This document shows, one piece after another, positions 31,140 to 41,999 of a stretch of 64,000 bases of DNA (the first letter of the stretch is position 1; the number at the start of each line of letters is the position of its first letter). Below the pieces are notes generated by a model. The model made no database searches, was not told the DNA's origin, and saw only the letters and a list, made by a program, of their open reading frames with translations. The position numbers were made by a program, and so were the translations under genes. Origin of the DNA: Candidatus Latescibacterota bacterium (lineage in GTDB: Bacteria; Latescibacterota; UBA2968; SICM01); the NCBI GenBank assembly GCA_965217865.1, contig CBDCJO010000002.1:3520001-3584000 (forward strand), read 5' to 3'.

Positions 31140-32441
31140 GCTGGGCGCCGTTTGGTATCAAAGACGGCCTTCTGCCGGTGCTGGCCGTGGCGTTCCTCCT
31201 ATCGCAGTGTGGGACACTGGCCTTCTACCGTCTGGGCGTTTTCCAAGCGCGCGTGTCTGATCTGGACATTGACTATCTTGCCAAGGACCCGGCCGATATT
31301 CAGCTGCGATGGATGGATCTCTCAGACATGTCGCGTCGGATCTTGTCCGAAATGGCCGATATCGTGCGCGAATTGGACGAGGAAAATTCACTCGCACACC
31401 TCGAGCCGATAGATGTAGCCAAGGGTCTAGTGGCAATCTATGACCGATTGCCGCCCTGGGTGGGACGGACGCAACGGCTTTCGGGCAATGCCAAGCGCAT
31501 ACGGCAGCTGTTCAAGCAAGCCAACGACCCCAATAAATTGATCTTCGACGACATACCTAAGGTGCTAAACGGCTGTCCAGTCGCACGTGAGGAGACAGCC
31601 ACCCGCCAAATTGCAGACCAAGTTCGGGATGGTTTGACGGAGTTGCGGCAAGCATATCCAACATTACTCAACCGAATGAGGGAAACGCTGCTTGCGGAAT
31701 TGCAAGTACCTAATGCCTCGGCATCGATGCTAGCTGAATTGCGCGCCCGCGCGACGAACATCCGAGAGCTCGGCGGTGATCATCGTCTGGAGGCTTTTAT
31801 CATTCGTCTTGCGCAGTTCCAAGGACGAGACGAGGACATGGAGGGTTTGGCCAGCATGGCTGTCAATAAACCTCCACGGGATTGGGTTGATCCCGACGTG
31901 GATCGTGCTGCGGTCGAGCTTGCCGAACTGGCGCAAAGGTTCATTCGCGCCGAGGCGTTCGCCCGCGTCAAAGGCCGCCAGGACAAGCGACACGCTATGG
32001 CCGTGGTTGTAGGCATGGACGGCGGCCAGCCGATGCTAGTGTCGTGTCCCGGAAATTCCTTCAATAATTTCTCGGATAGCGGTCTGTTCGTCCTGAGCGG
32101 AGCGAAGGATCTCTATGTCCCGAACTATCAGACAGTTGGTGCGATCTTCGCTCGCTGGCTCTCGATCAAAATGACAGCCACCGCTACGTTTTTGGAGACT
32201 TTCTTTTGTAAGGAATTACTGGGACACGACACTAGTTCACGACGAGTTCGAAATCACTGACCTGGATCGGCCCGCGGTGCGTGCAATGATTCAATGCGTC
32301 GACGCATCAATACGAGACAACGGTCAAGAGCGACGGAATATCATTCTTGCTGCACTTGCCGAGTTAAGTGCTCAGTATCTGAATTCTGGCACCGAGACGA
32401 AATCGGACACGCCTACGAGACGGAACCGGACGATCTCATGA
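31140..32441 (+). pseudogene. Second SspC-like C-terminal fragment, interrupted by a MITE
   Basis: Paralogue of 27764-28850; the frame resumes after the MITE as LVHDEFEITDLD...IILAALAELSA and ends at an ATGA overlap with the next gene. Confidence 0.85.
32040..32231. mobile_element. 192-bp MITE with CTAG target-site duplication
   Basis: TIR tgtcgtgtcccggaaattcctt / aaggaattactgggacacgaca; CTAG on both sides; empty site inferred from the paralogue. Confidence 0.93.
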
Positions 32442-33280
32442 GCCAGACGAATAAGACAAGACACGTCTTAGGTCTGTCGGGTGGTCGGGACAGCGCGGCA
32501 TTGGCCGTATACATGCGGCAGAACCATCCGGAACTTGATATTGACTACTTCTTTACAGATACCGGCAAGGAACTACCGGAGGTCTACGAGTTCCTTGTCA
32601 AGCTCGAAGGATTCCTGGGCAAGCCCATCGTGCGGCTGAATCCCGACCGGAACTTTGACTTCTGGCTGAAGCAGTACAACAACTTTCTCCCGTCGCCACA
32701 GACACGCTGGTGCACGCGGCAGCTCAAACTTCGGCCTTTCGAGCAGTGGATCAGGCCGATGCTTGGGAACGGAAACAAAGTCTACAGCTACGTCGCCATA
32801 CGCGCGGACGAGGAATACCGCGAAGGATACGCTTCAAAGTACGAAACCCTCGTGGTGAAGCTTCCGTTCAAGGATGCCGGCATCGACAAAGCGGGCGTCT
32901 TGGAACTTCTCGAAGGGTCCAGACTGGGTCTGCCGAGATATTACGAGTGGCGCACTCGTAGTGGCTGCACATTCTGTTTCTTCCAGCAGGAAATCGAGCG
33001 GGTGCGGCTAATGGAGCAGCATCCAGACGCCTTTGAGGAAGCTAAGGTTTACGAAAAACTCGCCGTTGATGGGGGCTCTCCTTTCACCTGGAGTCAGGGC
33101 GAATCGCTGGACGACCTTTCCAAACCAGTCAGAGTGGAACAGATCCGACAAGACCACCAACGCCGCTTAGAGCGAATGCAAGCCAAGCACCTACCTAACC
33201 CTCTCCGGCCTGATATGGAGCCCATCGATGTTGACGACCTTTACAGTAAAGCCAAGGTCTGTCTTGGATGTCACAAATAA
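32438..33280 (+). CDS. PAPS-reductase-family protein (SspD/BrxP-like), copy 2
   Basis: Same motifs as 26910-27752; highly similar paralogue. Confidence 0.9.
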   Translation: MSQTNKTRHVLGLSGGRDSAALAVYMRQNHPELDIDYFFTDTGKELPEVYEFLVKLEGFLGKPIVRLNPDRNFDFWLKQYNNFLPSPQTRWCTRQLKLRPFEQWIRPMLGNGNKVYSYVAIRADEEYREGYASKYETLVVKLPFKDAGIDKAGVLELLEGSRLGLPRYYEWRTRSGCTFCFFQQEIERVRLMEQHPDAFEEAKVYEKLAVDGGSPFTWSQGESLDDLSKPVRVEQIRQDHQRRLERMQAKHLPNPLRPDMEPIDVDDLYSKAKVCLGCHK

Positions 33281-33375
33281 TAAGTCGATAGGCGAACGGT
33301 ATTTCTATTGAAAGCAGTGGATACAGCCCAAAGCTAACGCCACTCCCATCGCATGCTAGTGAAGCAAGATAGCTT

Positions 33376-34572
33376 TCATTGTTTTTGTTCGACCAACTTG
33401 AATGCGTAAATTTGACCGTGTCGGTCAATAGCCAACCTTACCCTTGATGATGACGACTTTGACTCTTCCCACAATCGCTTCTTAACTCCCTCGACCTCCC
33501 AAATCGGCTCATCAATTCCCCCAGAATTCAGGAACTGTGATACACATAGCGACGAAGCGGTTTCGAAAATTGGGAAATAGCCAACGGATGTTTTCAGTCC
33601 GGGAGCAACCGTCGCCAACTTTTTCTCAATGGCCTCCCATTCAATACATTTCGTGACTGGGCGATCCTCATCATCGCGACAGAAGAAGTAATTATGTAAT
33701 AGGACCTCTCCGCTTTCATTCGAATCGCAAACAGACCGAAATTTACGGCCCGCAGAGGTCAGGCTGTATCCCGTGAGGCCATGCCGCTCCCTTTTTTGGA
33801 GGATTCCGGCATCGACCAATAGCTCAAGTCGAGGAACCAAGAACCATGACCACGGTTGTCCTAGGTTCAGCTTCTCACGAACATTGCGCTCAGTGATCTT
33901 CACCAGCTCATTAAGCCGGGTTCGTATCTTGGCGTTCTCAGGGTGTCCGGAGCGAATCTGCCGCGCGGACAAAACATGCTTCCAGCTTTTCAGCAGAAAT
34001 CCGACGCGATTCTCGGCGGTTATCTCAAAGCTTGGATTGTCGGGAAGCTGCCTAAGAAATGCCCAGAGCCAGTCGCAGTCAATATCCAGTAACCAGAGAC
34101 CCAGATAAAGAGCGCCCACATTACCAAGCTGAAATGGGTCATCCGCGTTCCAATCGGTGGATAAACTTAGACGCCCCCTTGTCAACAGGAGATTCTGATC
34201 TTTCTTGACGAGTTTCAGTGTGTGCGCGAGTGATAGCGCGTCATCAAAATAGTCCTGGGTCAGGGCACCTACAGAGGACTGCAAACTCGAATCTGCCAAC
34301 AGCAGGTCTTGGCGTTCTGCCTTGATGGATTTGCCTTTTTCTAACGCTTTTCGAAGCGGCGTGTATCTCGGTGAGCCCGGCTTATGGTACAGGTACTCCT
34401 TGAAATGTCCTAAGTTGTCTTCTGGTACGACGCGCTTCTCGGTAAGGAATGTAGACACTCCCTTGCAAATGTCCTCTGAAAAGGCGCTCCGACCCTGATT
34501 CGTGTGCGATGATGCCAGGAGTGCCGTCCCATATCGCATCATGTAAAGGCGGAATGTGAGGGCTACTCTCAA
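33376..34572 (-). CDS. Hypothetical protein (possible tandem winged-helix), last gene of the PLD/ATPase/HerA operon
   Basis: Intact 398-aa ORF 4 bp after the HerA stop; PRLELLVDAGIL...YSLTSAG is a wHTH-like ending. Confidence 0.65.
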   Translation of the reverse strand: MRVALTFRLYMMRYGTALLASSHTNQGRSAFSEDICKGVSTFLTEKRVVPEDNLGHFKEYLYHKPGSPRYTPLRKALEKGKSIKAERQDLLLADSSLQSSVGALTQDYFDDALSLAHTLKLVKKDQNLLLTRGRLSLSTDWNADDPFQLGNVGALYLGLWLLDIDCDWLWAFLRQLPDNPSFEITAENRVGFLLKSWKHVLSARQIRSGHPENAKIRTRLNELVKITERNVREKLNLGQPWSWFLVPRLELLVDAGILQKRERHGLTGYSLTSAGRKFRSVCDSNESGEVLLHNYFFCRDDEDRPVTKCIEWEAIEKKLATVAPGLKTSVGYFPIFETASSLCVSQFLNSGGIDEPIWEVEGVKKRLWEESKSSSSRVRLAIDRHGQIYAFKLVEQKQ

Positions 34573-34576
34573 TGAT

Positions 34577-35971
34577 CTACCCCTCTATCCCGCCGTGAGC
34601 TGTCACTCTCGGTCGGATTTCCATAATGAACGATCGTGTTGCATCGCCGTGGCTGATATAGGCCTGACCCTGAACGAGTTCTCTGAGTAAGTCGTGAAGG
34701 GAGAGCACCTGCGTTCTGCTCGAGATCTTGTCGGGAGATCGTCCTTTGGCGCTACGTATCACTGCATCAATATCAGATTGGACCGTTAGTCGGTGAGCAA
34801 CTACACAATCCACCTGCGACAAGAGTTCCGGATGGATTGCACTGGGTTGTTGTGAAGTAATCATGAGCGACAATCCGTGATTCCTCCCTTCCTTCACATA
34901 CTGAATCAATATGGACGTGCACGGATTTGCCTTGGAAGGCGGAGCGTATCCTTGTGCTTCGTCAATGCAAAGCAGTGTTCGCGGCGGAGAAGACTCAATC
35001 GTTTTTAGCGCTTCGGCGCGTTCACTCTCGGAGATACTGCTGTCCAAGCGAAGGGTCTTGTTCGCTTCTGACGCAGCAGATCGCAAATTGAACAACTGCC
35101 GAACGAGAATCGCTGCTATCAGACTTCGCATCGGGGGCGCTAAGTGCCCCAAGAGGAGAATTGTAACCTCTCCCGCCCTGACCATCGAAGACACCGGCGT
35201 TGGGGTGGATGAAAACAATTCATCTCGGGCAAGAGTTTGAAGACGGCTACGAAGCGCCCTGACCGTTGTGCGTTCGAAACTACCAGCTGTATTTGTCTCG
35301 TCAGAGAGATATTCGATTAGTTCCGAAAGGCCAGCTTCTTCCTTTCCTGCACGAGTTACCGATTTGTAGGTGTACCCAGAGTTCTTTGCGGCATCGTATG
35401 CGGCCAATAAGAGATGCCCAGTCGGATCTTTGAAGAGATCGATCTCGAATATATGGGAATAATCTTCCGGACGAATTAGAGAGGTGTCTAATGCGAAGGG
35501 CTCGTACCTTGACGTATAGAAACCTTGGCGATGCCCATCGGGGTAGTAAGTTCTAATTGAGATGTCCGCTTCCCTTAACCCAAAACTCACAATTTTTGCA
35601 GAAAGTATCTTTCGCAACGAATTGTCCGGGATCTTTGACACTGAAACTGCCGCGTACTGGTATATGTTGAGGGTATCAAGCAGCAGCACAGCGCGGTCAT
35701 TTACGTTAAGGCCGATATTCGCCTCTGCGTCATTTGTGCCCAAGGCTTCTATGATGGTTCCGAGCGTGTATGATTTTCCAGACCCGCGCTGTCCAAAGAT
35801 GCCTGTTACGACTTCTCGCGCGAATCCCAAAATGACCTTCGGCCGCGAACCTTGCTCGGTCAACCTTCCGAGATTGACGTGAGTGATCTTCTCTATGCCC
35901 GCACGGTCGAAACCGAGACAGATTGTTCCGTCGTCATCTTGCAGCCCGGGTGAAACCTTGTAGCGAAGCAT
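34577..35971 (-). CDS. HerA/FtsK-superfamily (DUF87) ATPase
   Basis: GIFGQRGSGKSY, LLCIDEAQ, KEGRNHGLSLMITSQQPS; GGGAGG RBS. Confidence 0.9.
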   Translation of the reverse strand: MLRYKVSPGLQDDDGTICLGFDRAGIEKITHVNLGRLTEQGSRPKVILGFAREVVTGIFGQRGSGKSYTLGTIIEALGTNDAEANIGLNVNDRAVLLLDTLNIYQYAAVSVSKIPDNSLRKILSAKIVSFGLREADISIRTYYPDGHRQGFYTSRYEPFALDTSLIRPEDYSHIFEIDLFKDPTGHLLLAAYDAAKNSGYTYKSVTRAGKEEAGLSELIEYLSDETNTAGSFERTTVRALRSRLQTLARDELFSSTPTPVSSMVRAGEVTILLLGHLAPPMRSLIAAILVRQLFNLRSAASEANKTLRLDSSISESERAEALKTIESSPPRTLLCIDEAQGYAPPSKANPCTSILIQYVKEGRNHGLSLMITSQQPSAIHPELLSQVDCVVAHRLTVQSDIDAVIRSAKGRSPDKISSRTQVLSLHDLLRELVQGQAYISHGDATRSFIMEIRPRVTAHGGIEG

Positions 35972-35994
35972 TTAACCCTCCCAGCAATCGCCCC

Positions 35995-37152
35995 TCATAT
36001 TCCTTCGGTGAAAATCGCACGCGCTGGTTCCAGGTCGTCTGTATCTATGACGTAGGAGTCCCGACGCGCAGCATGAACCGCTCCTTCGTTGAGGGCAGAA
36101 ATGAAGTTTCTGGGTAGGCTCGCGGTTGGCGCGCTGGTAGCCATCTCCACGAACCCATTCATTGCTTCGTCAGTCAACGGGTAATAGTCAAGTCCGCTTG
36201 GTATCTGCCCTAGTCCTTCCTTTTCCTTCTTCTTGTCATCGTCGATAACAAGCGCAAAAAGGTCTTTTAAGAATTGTCGCACGTCGTCGTCATGAGCCAA
36301 ATACCCAAGATGGTGAATATTTGCTTTGTTTAGACGAGTCTTAATATCCTCCCGAAACACGAAGTCTGGGATTTCCTCCTCCTGCATTGCATAAATGGAT
36401 ACGATGAAACCGATGACACTATTGTCATCGTCCGCGAGTCGTCGGAAAGCATCGGCAGTCTTGGTTGCGGATATTGGTCAAACCTTCCATCTCGTCCAGG
36501 AGAAATAGGTAGTAAACTCCCTTATTCACGAAAAGCCGCATGATACCAACTAGGACACGATACATTTCAGATACGGTGTCCATGTTCTTTGTGAGGTTGT
36601 ACGAGGTGAGTTCGGCTGCGGTTAGCGATCCGCCGCATAGCCATCTCCACAATGTGATCGGTTCTCCTGCATATCCCAGCGCCCGAATCGCTCGCGCTAT
36701 GTTGGCGTCGTCAAAGTCATTTCTCAGTTTGCCCTCAAGATTGGGCCCCGCATGATTCGCCAGGTATTCCTGCACGATTTCCTTAATCTTCTCCAGGGTA
36801 AGCGCCTCCATCATCTGCGCATGGAGGTAGTTATAGTTCGTCTTTTCCTTGAACTCGGCATCTATGGAGCAGCATTTGACCTTATAGCAGATATCCTCCG
36901 CCTCCGGACTTTCCTGAAGCTTGTACTTTATATTGAACAGTGTATGCGTCTTCCCGACACCATACTGTCCATAGAGATATTTTTTCGGCTGATTTCCCAT
37001 CATATAGCGCTCGCGGATATCTTCGACGATCTCTTCATTTATTTTTTTTTCCCGAAGTACGCTGCGCGATCTTCCTTATTAAGGCGGAAATTTATAGTGA
37101 AGTTGCTTCTGTTACATTTTAGACAGAATCTTTGGTTTAGTGGAGCGATCAT
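35995..37152 (-). pseudogene. P-loop (AAA-like) ATPase with two frameshifts
   Basis: MIAPLNQRF...YFGKKK / A9 tract / INEEIVED...YLYGQYGVGKTH...FLLDEMEGL / shift at ~36455 / DAFRRLADDDNSVIGFIVSI... Confidence 0.8.
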
Positions 37153-37163
37153 TTCCTTGCCTC

Positions 37164-37510
37164 CTATGCTCTGGCTGTGTGTCGTGTTACTCGAAGCTCG
37201 ATTGCGAGTTGTTCGAGCTTGTCTACCAACACCTCTCCTTCACCACGTGCCTCAATAACAAGTCCGAGTTCGTATGAGCGGTTTGACCATTCATACATGT
37301 TCGCCGATCCAAGCAAGGCATAGCGCCGTTCTCTTGTTGTTGCGACATAGAATTTTGCGTGAAGCAAAGGCATGTAGAATATTGAAGCCGTTGGTAGCTC
37401 CTTAGCGTCTCTGACGAATTCCTCGTGTGGACTTCCAGGCTCAGGTTCACGAGTGATGACAACGAGATTAGCTCTTTGGAACTGGAGTTTTTGCAGGAGC
37501 TTCTTAGTAT
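37164..37510 (-). pseudogene. Single-HKD PLD-family nuclease, 5' end removed by IS3
   Basis: LVVITR...LHAKFY...ALLGSANM...ELGL. Confidence 0.85.
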
Positions 37511-39013
37511 TGTATCTATTCTGAGATAACAAGAGAAAAGCAGATAAAGGTCCAAGCAAGATTCAGGCAGCCTTGTGGATGGTCTGGGATGTTCTTTGCC
37601 GATTGATTTCTATGCGGCGCTGCCGAGCCTCCTCCTTTCGACCTTGTCGGTGGTGAAGAATCTTTTGATGCTGGCCTTTATGCCTCTGAAGAGGCGTGAC
37701 ATACTGTATTGCCCCGTGATAGCGTTCGGCGTTGTAGCTGTGAATGAAGGAAGCAATCAGGCTTTCCAGTTGATGGAATGTGAAGATGTCCTGGAAGCGC
37801 AGCCAGTCGTATTTGAATGTCCGGAAAAAGGCTTCGATCCAGGCGTTGTCCGTGGGTGTTTGATATCGGGCAAACAGCTGCGAGATGCCCAGGTCCTTGA
37901 AGAATTGGGCCATCGATTTGGCCTTCATCTGAGATCCGTGATCTGAGAGGGCTGTCAAGCTTATGGGCCCAGTGTCCAGGTCCAGCAGTCCTTCGTTGGC
38001 AAGGGCTTGATCCCAGGCCTGTTTGACCTGCTCCACGGTCGCGTTGAAGGAGAGCTTCCATCCTACGATCTTCCTGGAATACACGTCGAGAATGGCGGTA
38101 AAATACAGGAACAAACCGAAAAATGGGATGTAGGTCAGGTCCCAGCTCCAGACCTGATTAGGACCTTCAGGTTTGACCTGGGGCTTGCTCTGCTTGACCG
38201 GCGTCCTCACCTGTTTCCTGCGTGCCAGACGTTCTTTCCTGGCCTGTCGGTAGAAGCTGGAGGCCGAGGCCTGCACTACCCCCTTCTCTGAGGCTACCAC
38301 CGCCAGCTGATGGGGAGGCAGATCGGCATAGGTCTCATCCCTTAAGAGGGCCGAGATTTGCTCTTTCTCCTCCCTCAGCAATCCGTGTGGGGCCTCATCA
38401 GGGGCGGGCCCGGGCTTCCCATCCAAAAGCGGGTCCGACACCCCATCCAGCTTCTCTTCTCGATCTCGCCGGCTCCAGGCACAATACCGCTGGAGGGGAA
38501 GCTGTAGGATCTCGCAAGAACGGGTGAGTTTCACCCCTTTCTCCTTGGCCCGATGGACCATTAAGAGGATCTCGCGTTTGACCTCAGCTTGCACCCGGTG
38601 GCCCTTGATCGGGCCTGTCAGATCCCATTCACACTTTTTTTTAGCAGGGAAAGTTCCACAGATTGCTCAATGATCGTTTGCTCCAGGCGTGCCCGCTCTT
38701 TGCGCAGCTGCTCCACCTCCTCAGCCGATACCATCGGCTTGCGGCTCCGGCGACCCTTGAACTCCTTGAGGGCCCCGGACTTGACCGACTCACGAATACG
38801 CTTTAGATCCGAGGAATGAATGCCCCATTTCCGCAGCACCTGTGCAATGGGAACATCTCCCCGGCTGGCTTCAAGGAAAATCTCATACTTCTGTTCCGGG
38901 GACAAGCTCCTGCGCTTCTTGACCGGGTCACTGTTTGAGGACAGTTGCTCCATCTTTACTCCTCCTGTGAGGTCAGGGATATCCCAAAATATGTATCCCT
39001 TCTCAACCCTACA
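37511..39013 (-). mobile_element. IS3-family element (OrfA 38618-38953, OrfB 37563-38594)
   Basis: PNQVWSWDLTY...DVYSRKIVGW...SDHGSQM...DNAWIE...YNAERYH; A8G slippery site at 38634-38642; TGTA termini. Confidence 0.9.
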
Positions 39014-39019
39014 GGCAAC

Positions 39020-39480
39020 CAGGATCTTGCTTCGACCTTGCCCCCGTTTTTTCGGGCGATCTCAGACAAAAGATAGTGCTCTGTGCGCTTGGGGTTCTCG
39101 TAAGACCAGAGTATCGACGACGAGGACTCAGCCAAAAGATTTTACTCGAAATGCGCAACCTGTCAGAGACATATGGATTGCAGGGTGTCCTTGCCCCTGT
39201 GAGGCCAAATCGAAAACACGAGTGTTCAGAGGAGTCCATCGAGTCCTATGCTGATCGGCGGGATGAGCTAGGGCGCCTGTGGGATCCATGGCTTCGAGTC
39301 CATGAAGAGCTGGGTGGCGAGAGGCTGGGTATTACGCTGAAAACAGTTTCCGTCATCGGGTCAATCAAGGATTGGGAAAGCTGGACTGGTATGCAGTTCC
39401 CGGTGGCAGGATCCTATAGCATTCCGGATGGGCTGGTTCCGATCACGATAGAAATCAAGGAACGTACTATGAGCCCAATA
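39020..39480 (+). pseudogene. GNAT-like acetyltransferase C-terminal fragment
   Basis: LCALGVLVRPEYRRRGLS...LAPVRP..K...DPWLRVH..LGG...WESWTG; 5' end cut by the IS. Confidence 0.7.
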
Positions 39481-39721
39481 TCTGGTACTTTCATCAGATA
39501 TAATCTTCCTACGGTAGATTGGCAACCGGCGGAAACAATATATGACATGAGATGTGAAAATCCAGAATCTATTCGGCATCTCTCCAGAATAATCGAAGAC
39601 ATATCGCATCTTCCCTGATCAATTATTAGACAGAGCGACTCGAAGGCAAGATGAAAAATGACAGGAGATCGATGGTTTCTTTGAAGGACTCATCAACAGA
39701 TACATAGAGGCCATTCCAAAG

Positions 39722-40738
39722 GTGGAACTACATGTCCATCTCGAAGGTGCTGTCCAACCTTCTTCACTGCTCAAGTTGGCACGTCGCAACGACGTGGATC
39801 TGCCTGTGTCCACCATTGAGGAAGCTCGTGACTGGTTCGCATTCAGGAACTTCGGAGACTTCAGTGAGATCTACAATGCGATCACGAAGTGCTTAAGAAA
39901 GTCAGAAGACTTCGAATTCATAGTCCATGAACTGGGATCCGAATTTGCACGCCAGCACGTCATGTACGCCGAGGTAACGTTCTCGCCATCGGCGCAGAAG
40001 TGGCAAGGCAACGTAGATCAAGACACCTATCTGGAGGGATTGTCGCGGGGTCGCAAACGCGTTATGGAGGATTTCGGTGTCAGATTGAACTGGATCTTTG
40101 ATCTGCTTAGAGATTCATCGAGATGGCAGCCGATGGCCGAATACACTACGCGCGTCGCCATCGAGTCGGCGTCAGACGGTGTCGTTGCTCTCGGTCTCGG
40201 CGGATGGGAGAAGTACGGTCCTCCAGAGGAATTTGAACGGTGGTTTGACTTGGCACTCAGTTCCGGACTACGAAGCAGTCCGCACGCAGGAGAGTTTGCT
40301 GGACCTGAAAACATCTGGGGGGCTATCCGAGCACTAAAGGCAGAGCGCATCAGTCATGGAGTGAAGGCTATCCAGGATCCTGCGCTAATGGATTACCTCA
40401 TCGACAACGAGATACCCCTGGATCTCTGCCCGACAAGTAATCGGAGACTAGGCGTAGTAACCAGTTACTCCGATCATCCGTTGAGAACATTCTACAACGC
40501 TGGTATCATCATCACAGTAAACACGGACGATCCGCCGATGTTCAACACAACGCTTACGGACGAATTGAAGCTCCTGGTTGATCCATTTGGTCTCGATATC
40601 GATGACATCGATACGGTTCTGATGAATGCAATCAACTCCAGTTTTCTGTCTGCCTCGGACAAAGACGAACTAAGGACAAAGTTTCGCTGCGCAAGTGAGT
40701 CTATCAAGAGGGATCTAAGGCTATCGCGCCAGTTGTGA
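39722..40738 (+). CDS. add: Adenosine/adenine deaminase
   Basis: PKVELHVHLEG, HAGE, RISHG, CPTSN, VNTDDP; the probable true start (ATG 39672 with AGGAG) is out of frame. Confidence 0.9.
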   Translation: MELHVHLEGAVQPSSLLKLARRNDVDLPVSTIEEARDWFAFRNFGDFSEIYNAITKCLRKSEDFEFIVHELGSEFARQHVMYAEVTFSPSAQKWQGNVDQDTYLEGLSRGRKRVMEDFGVRLNWIFDLLRDSSRWQPMAEYTTRVAIESASDGVVALGLGGWEKYGPPEEFERWFDLALSSGLRSSPHAGEFAGPENIWGAIRALKAERISHGVKAIQDPALMDYLIDNEIPLDLCPTSNRRLGVVTSYSDHPLRTFYNAGIIITVNTDDPPMFNTTLTDELKLLVDPFGLDIDDIDTVLMNAINSSFLSASDKDELRTKFRCASESIKRDLRLSRQL

Positions 40739-40850
40739 GTCGCCATTTCCTGCTGCGCGCCTTACGGCGCTGCCTTCGGCACTCCACGTGCGCGAGGTCG
40801 TGAAGTGCGAAATCAATGTGCAATGGACAAACACTCAACCTCTGGCTAGC

Positions 40851-41928
40851 ATGAGCAATCTTTTCACCGGTAACGCAATATTCTCACTGCGTGGTATTGT
40901 TGTATTGGCGTGTATTGTGGTGTCATCTGTCTCTGCATCTGCCGGATCCGATAGGATGCGCCGAGGCGTCTGTTGGGTCGCGGCAACCGAACCGCTCGAG
41001 TTGGATGACTTCAAACCACTATTACGAAATCATGTCAACTGGATCTCCCAAATGACGTTCGCCTGGCATCGCGATGCTCATTCACCTGAAATCATACTTA
41101 ACGTGGATTCAAATTGGTGGGGAGAAAGTGATATCGGAATCGTGCAAACGGCAAAGCTGGCCAGGCAGGTGGGCATCAAGACCCTACTGAAACCCCATGT
41201 TTGGGGCCGCCATTGGAGCGGTGACATCGAAATGGCCAGCGAAGCAGAATGGCGTCAATGGTTCGACAATTACCAACGTTTCATTTTGCACTACGCTCAA
41301 TTGGCTGATAAGGCGGATATTGAAGCATTGTGCATTGGTTCGGAACTGCAGGGAACGACGACGCGGGAGAGTGACTGGAGGGAGATCATCGCTGCTGTCA
41401 GAAAAGTATACAAAGGCTCATTGGTTCTCGCGGCAAATTGGGACAGCGAGTTTGAGCAAATCAGGTTTTGGGATGCCCTCGATTTTATCGGTATTCAGGC
41501 ATACTTTCCGGTAGCCGAGCAAGATAACCCATCGATTCCACAGCTTCTTAAGGGGTGGGCTAGTCATCTGGAACGCATACAGACTGTACACCGAGCATAT
41601 GGAAAACCAATACTGTTCACAGAAGTTGGATATCGAAGCGAGTCCAATGCAGCGATCCGCCCGTGGTATTGGGAGATGCCAAAACAGGAATCGACGGCAA
41701 ATACAAGCGGGTTCACAAAAGAGGGCTTACAGACGCAGGCCAACTGCTACGAGGCATTCTTCCAAGCCGTTTCACATGCCGAATGGCTTTCGGGTATATA
41801 TATCTGGAAGTGGTATCCACCCGACCATTGAATCAAACCGTCGATATCCCAAGCCGTTTACTCCACAGGGTAAACCTGCAGAGGAAGTTTTGAGACAATG
41901 GTATGGAACGGCCGAAATGTCAGACTGA
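40851..41928 (+). CDS. Glycoside hydrolase family 113-like, frameshift near the 3' end (~41825)
   Basis: LLKPHVW, CIGSEL, AANWD, FWDALDFIGIQAYFP, ILFTEVGYRS; terminal FTPQGKPAEEVLRQWY is in another frame. Confidence 0.8.
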
Positions 41929-41999
41929 TCGTCCACCGCACATAACAAGAGCATTTGTTCTGCGCGCTGAAATATACAATAATTCGAGGTTGATTAATC

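Noticed and set aside
40740-40800. attC-like GC hairpins after add (and ACATAAC at ~41940)
   Set aside because: Lack paired RYYYAAC/GTTRRRY boxes
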